Below, piece after piece: positions 27,454 to 38,720 of a stretch of DNA of 64,000 nucleotides. A model generated the notes under the pieces. The model ran no database searches, had not been told where the DNA came from, and worked only from the letters and a program-made list of their open reading frames with translations. The stretch is from the NCBI GenBank assembly GCA_013239625.1, contig MU054049.1:1067015-1131014 (forward strand). Reading direction: 5' to 3'. How positions within the stretch are numbered: the first letter of the stretch is position 1; each line of letters opens with the position of its first letter. This DNA comes from Lama guanicoe (lineage: Eukaryota). The position numbers were made by a program, and so were the translations under genes.

Positions 27454-28339
27454 TTAGTTAAGGGAGTGTGTTTGAAGTAGATAGTTCTGATTGATTGGTG
27501 ATCAGTTTGAGGAAAAAAGTCATATGAAACTGCTAGAAGGTACACTCTGGTAAGAAAAGAAAAAATATCTAGTTAGGAGAGGACATGAGGGTATAGGCTC
27601 CCCCTAAATCTTAATGCTTCACTCTCTCATGGTTGAAAAGGAGATCGAGAGGAAAGTGGAGAAAAATTAGGCCATGAGCAGAAGTAGCCTAGCCAAAGAG
27701 CGTTAGCAAACCGAATGCCCGCTTCACACTTCAGTGCTCCCAGATGTAAAATGGGAGGTCCAGGGTTGGCCTGAAGGATGCTTACCACCCCTCTGGCTAC
27801 GCCAGTCCCCAACTACAATCCGTTGTCCTGGACTTTGACATATTTCCCCTCCTGGGGACATGTGTTTTCGTGTGTGTTGGGGTGGGGGCGGCCTTGGATA
27901 GCTGCCATTTCCCAGATCGCTACTTAAATCTAGTCTTTTCTCAGAGTTATCTCATGAGTTCCTAGGGTGGGATGGTTGAGGTCTCAGAAGCAACGCAGCC
28001 TGGAGATGAGGGAACGAGACGGGAGTTAAGAATGACACGTGTGTTACCTCCCTCTTCACCATCTGGAATTAGTCAGGCCTTGGTTCCTATGACTGCATTG
28101 CAATAAAAGCAGCACAGAGAGGTCTTTGGCTCGACCCACCAGCAGAAGGATGTACCGCTGTGCCCATGAGCACGGACGGGGCCAGCGTGGAGCCTGGCGG
28201 AACCAAAACGAGAATGCTGCCTTTTTCCACCTCCTACCCCCTTACCTCCCTCCCCTCACATCCTTCACACTGAAATTCAGCTGTGGACACCTCTGCACCT
28301 GTAGGTGTGATAACAGGACTGCTGCCATCGGAGAAGGAG

Positions 28340-28720
28340 AACGTACAGAGTGATGGGTGGATTCTGGCCTCAAATGCTTGCTTAGAATCCAGTTCTTCCC
28401 CAATTGTCTTACATATTCAGTGCCTCAGTTTCCTCATTTGTGAAAACAGCCCCCCGTTAGGACTCTTTGGGAATGTAAATTATCTAAACTACAAAATGTT
28501 TACAGCAGTGCCTGGCACATAGTAAAACCCTAATTAACTATTAAATGTTATTATCAGGAACTTCGCACATACTGATTTTAATCCTCAACAGTCCATCAAG
28601 GTCCACAGGATTACCCCCATTATTAAGAGAAGAAGACTGAGGCTCGGGAGTGAGGGAGGTCTACAGCTCGGAAGAGGATGCAACTGGCCTGCCTGTTCTC
28701 GAGGCTCTTTTCTTTTCTAC
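28340..28720. mobile_element. Two MIR SINE relics, tail-to-tail
   Basis: gtgcctcagtttcctcatttgtgaaa...gtgcctggcacatagtaa (+), then cccccattatt...gactgaggctcgg (-). Confidence 0.65.
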
Positions 28721-31393
28721 AACTTGGTGCCTCTTGCTTGCTGCTTTTCTATTTTGGACCAAGCTCCCACTCTGGACAGAAGCATGCTGTCAGGAGACAA
28801 ATGCTAGAACTGCCTCCGTTCCCTGGCAGGCATGGGCGGGAGAGGGGCTCTGCAGTCTCTCCACTTCATCATCCAGGCCCTTTGTCAGGAACCACATTTC
28901 TGTCATACATACAGCGCCAGCAATCAGGCTGTGTGAGCCTAGCATCCCCTGTTTTCCTGGTACAGTAATCCTCAGTGTCAAAGGAAGTAGGCAAAAATGC
29001 CTCCCACGTGCTTATTATAAATCCCACTGTTGCCACTCCTAGCTGGAGGTCAGAGCTGCCCACCCTGTGCAAGTCCCGCTGGACCAGAGCCTCCGGAGCT
29101 GGGTGGGGGCCTCCGTGATAACCCAGTGAGAGTCCTCTCAGCCCTCAGCAGCACTGACGTTCTCTGGAGCAGGCCTTGCAAGCTGAACCTGTTCTTCAGA
29201 AACAATGGGCCGACCGCATTCAGGCGTAATTGGCTGGTTACCAAAGACAGTCCTGGCTTGACCAGTACTGAAGTGTGTGTATCATGCTACTGTGAGGAAG
29301 TGGATGGGATAAAGCAGTTTAAAAAGGAGAGCTGGGGTTTCAGTCACAGTTAAAATGCAGTATCACCCACTGAGTGCAGCTGAAGGTCCCGGACAGCGCG
29401 CGCGGAGCAGCTGGCACGCTGACATCTCTGAAGATAAAGGGTATCGGACAGACTGGAGGCATAACTCAAAGTAAGACCAGCTTTGAACCAATGACAACAG
29501 AATTCCAAGAAAAGCCTCTTTTACTGGCCAAGGTTGGGAAAGGGAACCTTTCAGGGTCAAAGAGAGTGAAGGAGATCTCCTGTTGTTTTTCTGTTTTTTC
29601 CATTCTCGCCTGCCTCAGCCCCAGGCAATCCTATCTCACTGGAGTCAGGCAGGCAGGCACCTAAAACTCTGCAGGAGAATAACAATTGTCTTTGACCAAA
29701 TTGTCATCCCACGAGTGTAGAAGTTTGCTTTTTCCTCTCTGTCTCGCTGCCACTTGGTCCTGGAGGCAGAAACCATGGCAGGAAGTACACAGCAGGTTTA
29801 GAAAACAAGATTCCTGGATTTCTAGCCAGAAGACCAAGGGTGGGGCAGGGGGCAGCTCTTGGGAAACACGAAGCGTTGGGGAGATTGCAAAAAGAAGAGA
29901 GTTGAATAAAGTTGTGTGTGAACTCCTGGTCGCACCCTAAGCTGCCTATGAATAATGGATAAAATCCTGAACTGGGTCTTTAGTGCCTAATCCCAAACCC
30001 TGAACCCAAAGGCACTGAGAACTGAGCGAAGAGAGAGACCACTGTGCAGGTTCCAGCCTGGTGCCTGAGTAGCAACATGAAGGACTAGTTTGAAAAGCAC
30101 TGTAAATTCTTTGAACACTGAATGGGACACTGTAACCATAATCTACAGAAGCTACAGAAGGTTTGCCAGAACTCGTGACTTGTGACTGTCTGCTCAAAAT
30201 ATACATCTATCATTATCAATATATGAATACATTCTATAAAAAGTAGAAGACAGAGAGCTGTGGTGCAGAAAAATATTTGAAGGAAAAATGAGTAAAAACT
30301 TCCAAAAGTTGGTGAGAGACATAAAAATTACAGATTCAAGAAGCTCAGGGAATCCCAAACAGGATAAACTCAAAGAAGTCCACGTTCAGACATAATCAAA
30401 CCGCTCAAAATTAAAGAAAAAAAACTAAAGAAAAAAAATTACACATTGCTTGCAGGGAACAGCAGTGTGAATGACTTCAGGTTTCTCACTAGAAACCATG
30501 GAGGCCAGAGGTACTGGAAAAATATTTTTAAAATAATGCTGAAAATACAGGACTGTCAGCCAGCAATCCTTTATGAATGAAGGCAAACGAGACATTCTCA
30601 GCTGAATGAAATATAAGAGGATTTGCCACTAGCTGAGCTTTTATGAAAGAAATGCTAAAGGAAGTCTTTAGGTAAAAGAGAAACAATACTAAAGAGAAAC
30701 TTGGACTTTGAGAATCAAGGGAGAGCAATGGAAATGATAGGTATCTGGAAAATATAATAGACTATTTTTCTCGTCTTATGATCTTTAAAATATGTGTGAT
30801 AGTTGAAAGCAAACATTTTAATGTTGTACATGTATGTAGACGGAGTGCAAATGACAACTACAACATAATGGGGGAAGTTAATGAGACCGATAGGTAGGTA
30901 AGATTTTTACACTGTTTTTGAAGTAGTAAAATATTAATTCTAAATAGTCTGTAGAGAGTTAAGGGTGTATATTTTAATCTCCAGAGTAATCAGAATGGAT
31001 AATTATCAGGATGGATTATAAAAGAAAAAGGCCGAATTATATGCCATCTATAAGAAATCCACTCTAAGTAAACAAAAGTAAGTTAAACTAAGGGAATGGA
31101 AAAAGACATACTATGCAAACACTAAAGGGAAGCTGCAGTGACTTTACTAATAACAGACAAGGTATATTTCAGAGCATGAAAATTTACCTGAGATTAAGAA
31201 TATCACAAGAGACACTTTAACAAGAAGATACAAAAAGCCTAAATGTGTATGTACTTAACAATAGAGCTTTAATATAGATGAAGCAAAAAAATGACAAAAT
31301 TTGAAGGAGAAATGGGCAAATTCATAATTAAAGTTGGAGACAGCAATACTTCTCTCTCAAATCAATAGAAGTAGAGAGAAAATCAGCAAGGAA

Positions 31394-31637
31394 TGGGGTT
31401 TCTCAATTATGGCTCTGTTAATATTTTGGGCCAGATAGTTCTTTGTTGTTGGCAGGAGTGGGGTGGTGATGGGAGGAAGGCCTGTCCTATGCATTGTAGG
31501 ATATTTAGCAGCAGAAAGCCAGAATATTCTACCCACTAAAAGCCAGTAGCTCTCCATTAGCTGAACAACCAATAATGCTTTTAAACATTGCCATCTGTCC
31601 ACTGGGTAGCAAAATTGCCCCCACATGAGAACCACTG
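31394..31637 (-). mobile_element. MER20 hAT DNA transposon inserted in L1
   Basis: gggtttctcaa...ttttgggccagatagttctttgttgt...gtcctatgcattgtaggatatttagcagc...gcaaaattgccccc...gagaaccactg; L1 ORF2 sequence resumes on both sides. Confidence 0.88.
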
Positions 31638-32742
31638 ATGAAGAACTAAACATTACCATCAACCAACTGGATCCAATTGACATTTATAAAACACTCTACC
31701 CAGCACAGAATACACATTCTTTTCAAGTGCATATGTAATATTCACAAATATAGACCCTCTTCTTGGTCATAAAACAAATCTTAACAATTGAATTGAAATC
31801 ATATACAGAGTGTTCTCTAAAAATAATGGAATTAAATTAGAAGACAATATTAGAACAATAACTAGAAAATCTCCATATAGTTAAAAAATTAACATATTCA
31901 TAAATAAGCCTTGAGTCAAATAAATCTCAAGGGAAATTAGAAAATATTTTGACCTGAACAAATACAAAAATGGAACATATTAAAACTTATGGTATGCAAC
32001 TAAAGCAGCGATTAGAGGAAAATTTATAGCTTTAAATGTTCACATTAGGGACATTTAAAAAAGAAAGTTCTCAAATCAATAATATAAACTCCTACCTTAA
32101 ATAAACTAGTAAAGAAGAGCAAAATAAACTAAAGCATGAACAGAGAGAAGATAATAAAGATGAGCAGAAGTCAATAAAATTGAAAGAATAAAGACAGTAG
32201 AGAAAAATCCATAAAATTAAAAGCTGGTTCTTTGAAAGGTTTAATAAAATTGATAAATCTCTAGCCAGTCTGACAATAAAAAAAGGAGAGAAGACATAAA
32301 TTATGAATATCAGTAATTAAAGCAAGGATATGACTGAAAACCTATAGGCATTAAAAGTATAAGAGAATAGTACAACTTTAGAAAAAAACTTAGATGAAAT
32401 CAACCGCAAACTAAAAAATTTAACCCATGAAGAAAGAGACAACCCTTAAAGACCTATATTTATTAAAGAGACTGAATTCACAGTTGAAAATCTTCCCCCC
32501 AAAACCCCTCCGGGCTGAAATGGTTTTACTGGCAAATTCTGCCAAATATTTAAAGATAAGAACACCAGTTTTATATAAACTTTTCCATAAGATAGAAGAG
32601 GGAGCAATTCTTAATGTATTTTCTGAGGCCAGCATTACCCTAATACTAAAATCACATATAGACAGTTTAAGGAAAGAAAACTGCAGACCAATACCTCATG
32701 AACTTGGACATAAAAATCCTCAACAAAATATTAGTAAATTGA

Positions 32743-32744
<2 letters not shown>

Positions 32745-32784
<40 letters not shown>
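32745..32784. repeat. (AC)n(AT)n microsatellite within L1
   Basis: Pure AC run followed by atata. Confidence 0.95.
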
Positions 32785-32785
<1 letters not shown>

Positions 32786-34063
32786 AAATACATCACATCC
32801 AAGTAGAAATGCAAGGTTGATTCAGTATTCAGAAAGCAACATAATACAGCACATTAACAGACTAAAAAGAAAAAATATATCATTATATTAACTTATGCTG
32901 GAAAAAACACATATCAATACTATGTATTCATTCATGACAAAAAGTCTCAGCAAACAAGTAGTAGAAAGGCTCTTCCTTAACCTGACAAACGGCTCCCAGA
33001 AAAAAAACAAAACAAAACCCTGTATTTAATACAATTGGTGACAGACTGAATGCTTTTCCCCCTAAGTTTGAGAATAATACAAGAAGATTAATTCATTACT
33101 CCTATTAATATTACATTGGAAAGTCTAGTCAGTGCAATAATGCAAGAAAAATAAAAGGAAAGAACGGACAGATAGGAAAGAATGAAATAAAACTGTTTCT
33201 ACTCACAGTTGATCAAATTGTCCACATAGAGAATCCCGCTGAATTTAAAAGACGCTCTTAAAACTAGTGGGTTTAGCAAGGTTGCAGGCTACAAAGTTAC
33301 ACAAAAAACCCTCACTGAATTTCTATATACTATCAATGAACTACTGGAAACTGAAATTTGAAAAATAATAATGCTCCGAAAAAATAAAACGTGTGTATTT
33401 CACATAACTGAAAAAAAGTGCAGGATTTCTGTGATGGAAATTAAAAAACACTGATGAAAGAAAGCAAAGAAGATCTAATAAGTGGAGAAACATACCATTC
33501 ATGAGTTGAAAGACCTAATATAGTTAAGATGTCCATTCATCCCAAATTAGGCTAAGGATCAATGTGATTCCAATAAAAATTCCAGCAGGACTACTTGTAT
33601 ATAGGAAAAAACAGATTCTAAAATTTATATTGAAAAGAAAAGGAACTAGAAACCCAAAACTATTTTGTAAAAGAAACAGAGTTGGAGATATCATGCATCT
33701 TGATTTTAAAACTTACCATGTCATTGTAACATGTGATATTGGTGAAAGGATGTGATATACACACACACACACACACACGCACGCATGCATACCGATCTAT
33801 ATAGGTCAGTGATCATATATACTGATCTATATAGATCAGTGGAATTGAAAATTGAATCTAGAGCTAGATCCACATAAATATGGTCAAATGGTAAATTGTT
33901 TTTTGGCAAAAGCTCAGGAGAAATTCAATGGAGAAACACCAAACTTTTCAACAAATGTGTTGGAACAATTGGTTACCCGTATGCAAAAAAGTTGACTCTC
34001 AACCTATTAACTCAGATTAACTCAAAATGGGTCATAGATATGTAAATTGTAAAATCACAGAAC

Positions 34064-34194
34064 TTTTTTTTGAAGCTTTTTGGGGGAGTGTGGGGATTAG
34101 ATTTATTTATTTTTCAATGGAGGTATTGGGAATTGAACCCAGGACCTCGTGCATGCTAAGCATACACTCTACCACTGAGCTATGCCCACGCCCC
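34064..34194 (-). mobile_element. tRNA-Ala-derived SINE (camelid Vic-1-like) inserted in L1
   Basis: Minus strand GGGCATAGCTCAGTGGTAGAGTGTATGCTTAGCATGCACGAGGTCCTGGGTTCAATTCCCAATACCTCCA with A and B boxes, then an AT-rich/A tail; degenerate flanking duplication aaaatcacagaac/aaaacccatagac. Confidence 0.85.
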
Positions 34195-35480
34195 AGAAAA
34201 ACCCATAGACCTTTTAAAGGAAAACGTAGGAGGAAATATTCATGACCTTGAATTAGGCAGAAGTGCGATTCATGAAAGAAAATATTGACAGATTGGACTC
34301 CAACAATATTTAAAATTTTTTGCTCTGTAAAAAAAATCAAAAACAAAACCAAAACCCATATTCAACCAAGTACTAGTATCCAGACTCTCTAAAGAACTCA
34401 AGGTCAACAGTAAGAAAGCAAACAATGTAATAAAAAAAAATGCTCGAGATTTAATGAGACACTTCACCATAGAAGTTGTGTGGATGACTAATAAGCCCAC
34501 AAAACCACAAAACATTGCTCCACATCATTAGTCACTAGGGAAAAGCAAATGAAAATCACAGTCAGATTACTAAAATACCTAAAACAGTTACTAAAATACC
34601 TAAAACAAAAAACAGGACATAAAATTCAATAGTACAAAGATTTGGCGAGAATGTGGAGCAACTGGAATGCTTATATATTGTTGATGGGAATTCAGAATGG
34701 TACAATCACCCTGAAAAACAGTTTGGCAACTTCTGATAAAATTAATCATATACTTAATCATATGACCGAGCATTCTTCCATCTAGCTATTTACTCAAAAA
34801 ACCCCCAAAACTATGTTCACACGAAAACTTGTGTTTATAGTTACTGTATTCACAGTTGCCAAAAACAGAAACAGAAACCCCAAAGGTCTTTCAGAGCGTG
34901 GATGAATGAGAAATGTTGGCTAATCCTTATAATGGAATACTCTCTAGCGTACAGAGGACAAATCTATTGATACATGTAACAACTTGGATGCATCTCAAGA
35001 GCATTTTGCTGAGTAAAAGAAGCCAATCTTAATAGTCTACATAATGAATGATTCCGTTTGCACACTTTGGAAAAGCCACAAGGAAAGGTACAAAAAAGAG
35101 GTGGGTGGTTGCCAGGGACTAGGGATGCAGAAGGTTTGACAACAGTGCAGCAGCACAAGTGGGCTTTCTGGGGTGCTGCACCTGCCTGTACCCTGACTGT
35201 GGTGGTGCTTACGTGAGGCTGTACGTGTTAGAGCTCAGTCAACTGTATACAAAAAAGGCAATTTTACTATAGGTAAATTTACAGTTTTTTAAAAAACTTA
35301 AAAATATTTGGGACTCTGTATTCTATTTTTGGGTTTTTTTTTTGTTATTAAGTTGTATGAGCTGTTTACATATTCTGGAAGTTAAGCGTTTGTCAGTCAC
35401 TAGATGACCTGTTATGATCAATTCATAGACTCCTCAGATGTCAATGTGTGACCAACCCACACAAGGGAAGCTGGCAATTA

Positions 35481-35590
35481 CAGAGAGAGAGAGAGATAAA
35501 ATAGATTTTAATCAGAAGGATGGATAGATAGATGAATAGACAGATAGATGGCTGAACAGACAGACGGATGGATGGACAGACAAATAATAG
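35481..35590. repeat. (GA)n plus (GATA/GACA/GATG)n compound simple repeat
   Basis: gagagagagagaga...ggatagatagatgaatagacagatagatgg...gatggatggacagac. Confidence 0.8.
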
Positions 35591-36658
35591 ATTTTATTTC
35601 TCATGAACAGCTTAGAAACCCAAATATGAGAAGTTTCTAAATGTACTTTTTGTTTTGTACAGTTGGTTTTTATACTTTGGAAAAACTGAACCAGTTGGTT
35701 TGACTAACTTCTAATTAATTTTTCTATCTAGTCATTGTGAATCAAACAGCATGGTGGGACACCCCATGGATATCTAAATTAAAAATGTAACGGCAACTTA
35801 TATTTTACTGCCATCAAATATTTGCAAGCATTTTCAGTTGTAAGATCATTGTCTTCACTCTGATACGAGAATTTATCTGGTGCTTCACGCCCATGTATCT
35901 TTATATTTTTAAGTAAGACTGATTTTATTTATATATAGTTGATATCTTTAAACATCTTGCTAAGACAGTCTCAATAATTACTTCACTCTTTTCACTGATG
36001 CACTGAGACAAGGTAGATATACTGTAGAACTGAAACCCCCCGTGTCAGCGCTGTTTCACAGCCAGTATCTGGGACTAACTTCATAGCCAGCTTTGTGCCA
36101 TATGAATGAGAAATAGCTTTTGCACATTGGACGTCTCTTAAGGGGAAACAATGCAAACCTGCCCCAGTGAAGTCATTCATTCAAAAGTCATTATTCTCTC
36201 TCCCGACTCTCGTAAGACCCATTCACTAGGCATGTAACAGGCCAGCTTCTGATCTCCTCTGCTCTGATTTCCCCCTTCAGGTCATTCCCTGTGACCTCCA
36301 GCCCCTCCCAGAACGAGCTGTTCCTTCACCTGAGAAGCCCTGGGGCAGGTGGAGATGTGGATGGTCACAGTGGGGCCGTCTGTGGAGTGTGTGTGTCTAG
36401 AACCTCTGACCAGGCTTCCAAAACAGGCACTAATGTCTGACTCAGGCATGGTCTGCACTGAGGGAAAGAATGACCATTTGTCCAGCACCCACTCTGGGCC
36501 AGGAACGGTATTCTCTGCTACTGGCCTTAGTGTTACCTGGTTTTTGGAGCAGAGACTCCCTGGGGGCATAGACATGAGTGCTTTTAGTCTCTCTGCCAGC
36601 CCTTTAGAGGCACTTCATGCCTCCTCTGCAAAGCCAGTGCCCTCCAGTTTGCCCTTTC

Positions 36659-36873
36659 TTTTTTTTTTTTAACATTTTTTATTGATTTATAGTCATTTCA
36701 CAATGTTGTGTCAAATTCCAGTGTTCAGCACAATTTTTCAGTCATTCATGGACATATACACACTCATTGTCATGTTTTTTTCTCTGTGAGTTATCATAAC
36801 ATTTTGTGTATATTTTCCTGTGCTATACAGTATAATCTTGTTTATCTATTCTACAATTTTGAAATCCCAGTCT
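36659..36873 (-). mobile_element. Young, 5'-truncated L1 3' end (camelid-type)
   Basis: T12 tail, AATAAA on the - strand at 36678-36683, body caatgttgtgtcaaattccagtgttcagcacaa...cctgtgctatacag...gaaatcccagtc. Confidence 0.8.
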
Positions 36874-38389
36874 TCAGTCCTCACAGCTCTCCTTTGAGGT
36901 AGAAATATTCCTCCCACCCAAAGATAAGGACCTGGTGGGTGGGTGGGGTGTAAAGTTGGTTTATCTAAGCTCACACTGTCCGCCTCATTCCAGGGCGTCC
37001 AGTTGGGATGTTCTTTCCATGACATCAGAGCTGCAGCAGACAGAGTCTGCATGGAAATTAGCAGGTTCACTTCATTTGGCAATTATCTGGTTAATTTTGA
37101 TCAATGCAGCGCTAAGGATCTTAGTGGGGTATTTCCCATGTATAGCTTCATCTACCCCTAATATTATTTACTTCTCCATCCTCAGCATCAGTGTGGCTCT
37201 GCACGTGTGCTGCCCGGGAAGCTGTTATCTGTCAAACTGCCCCCATCCCCCTGGTGGGTAATAAGAATTCAACTTTTATTTGGAGCAAAAGTTCCCAGGG
37301 GGTCACATGGCCCAATAACAAAGGACTGTGATTTCTTACTGGTTTAATAGCATCTCTTTTGTAATCCCGAATGTACTCTGTTTTAATATGGATTTGTTAA
37401 AGGAACAGAGGGAATAGGTGCCTTACAGTTAAAATAAAATATTAAGATTATTAGTTTAACAGGCTAGAAACGCCTTGTTCATCAACCAACACATTCAAAG
37501 CACACAGAGCAACCTTGATTCCCAGGAAAGCGAAGAACCAGAGTCAGTCCTGGCACCTTTAAATCCCAAGAGGTGAGCATTAAGTCAGTTTCAGCCAGCG
37601 TGGTTTAAGCACCGCTATGGCCAGACAGGTGTGACTGGATTTTTCTCCTCACAGCCACGGCCTCCCTTGCAGACAGGGAAGCCGGACTCAGAGAAGTGGC
37701 TCGGCAGGGCAAGAAGCACAGGGGCTCGAGACCCACGTGGGCTGCCGCCCAGCTCCTCGTTTATTGTCCACTGACCCTGGCCAGTCTGCAGAGCGTCACT
37801 GAGCTTCAGCCCCCACTTCTGTAAATAGGACAATAAAAAGTGGCTGCTTCTGAAGGGCAGGGTGAGGGTGAGCAACTGTGTGCCAGGGCGAGGGGAGGTG
37901 TGGGGAGCAGCAGCGGCGGGGACTGGACTGATACATCATAACTGATGACAGTGGAGCCAGGACGCCAGGATTCCAGTGGGTTAGAAACACATAGCACAGC
38001 GTCCTTACTTACTGGGGCATCCGTGTCTTCCGGGTGGAGACACTGGGTTACTTTATCTGGAGAACAAGGACATTGCCCCCCAGGATGGCAGAGTAGGGGG
38101 CAGTTCTCAAGTGCTCTGTGCTTTGTGCATTCTTTCTGTACCATGACCCCATGTGGCCTCAGGGAGAGCCTGCTAAGGGGTGGACCTGGTGCCGAATCTG
38201 GTGCACACGCTGGTGCACCTTGGCGGTGTGCACTGGTGGATACCCCAGTGGGGTTCCCCTGTCTGCTGTGGGACAGCTCCCAGCTCCGAGAAAGGCTTTG
38301 CTGGAAACCCGCCCACCTGTCAACTTCCTGAAGGGGAGCCCTGAGCACCAACTCTAAAGGAGCAGCCGAATTTCCTGTGGTTCTTTGGA

Positions 38390-38720
38390 GTTCATTCATT
38401 CATTAACAGTGTGCATTGGATAACGACTATGAATGAGGTGCTTATTTATGCAACAAGCACAATAAAGGCCCTGCTCACATCCTATAAGAGGAGATGAACC
38501 AGAGCAGACAAACATAACACCAGGTGCCATGAGTGCCAGGAAGAGAAAGAGCTGGGACAAGAGAGAGAGTGTTGTGGGGAGACGTGCTCTTTTGGAGACG
38601 TGACCAGGAAGGGCCTCTTTGACCAGAAGACGTCTGAGCAGAGACAGAAGTGAGGATGCAGGGAGGGTGTTTCAGACAGAGGGAAGGCCAGATGGAAAGG
38701 CTCCAGGCTCCATGTCAGAG
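38390..38720 (-). mobile_element. L2 3' fragment
   Basis: ttcattcattcattaaca tail; tgaccaggaagggcctctttga...ctgagcagagac...tttcagacagagggaa. Confidence 0.6.

Larger units (their letters stand above)
30240..35300 (+). mobile_element. ~5-kb ancient L1 (L1M-type; ORF1, ORF2 and 3'UTR remnants), interrupted by MER20, microsatellites and a SINE
   Basis: ORF2-like peptides PVLYKLFHKIEEGAILNVFSEASITLILK..RKENCRPI and IPIKIPAG...ILKFI; A-rich sense strand; many stops and frameshifts. Confidence 0.92.

Noticed and set aside
28340..28720. Inverted MIR pair as a dsRNA hairpin
   Set aside because: The copies are too diverged to show extended complementarity by eye.
32427..32786. Functional L1 ORF2 or domesticated gene
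   Set aside because: Short fragment running into an (AC)n microsatellite; the surrounding L1 is riddled with stops and frameshifts.
34118..34194. Functional tRNA-Ala(AGC) gene
   Set aside because: Anticodon and acceptor stems are mismatched, it has a SINE-type AT/A-rich tail, and it is inserted within an L1.
37806..38399. 197-aa minus-strand ORF as a novel nested gene
   Set aside because: Starts in an L2 (TGAA)n tail, has no recognisable domain, and its composition is typical of random GC-rich ORFs.
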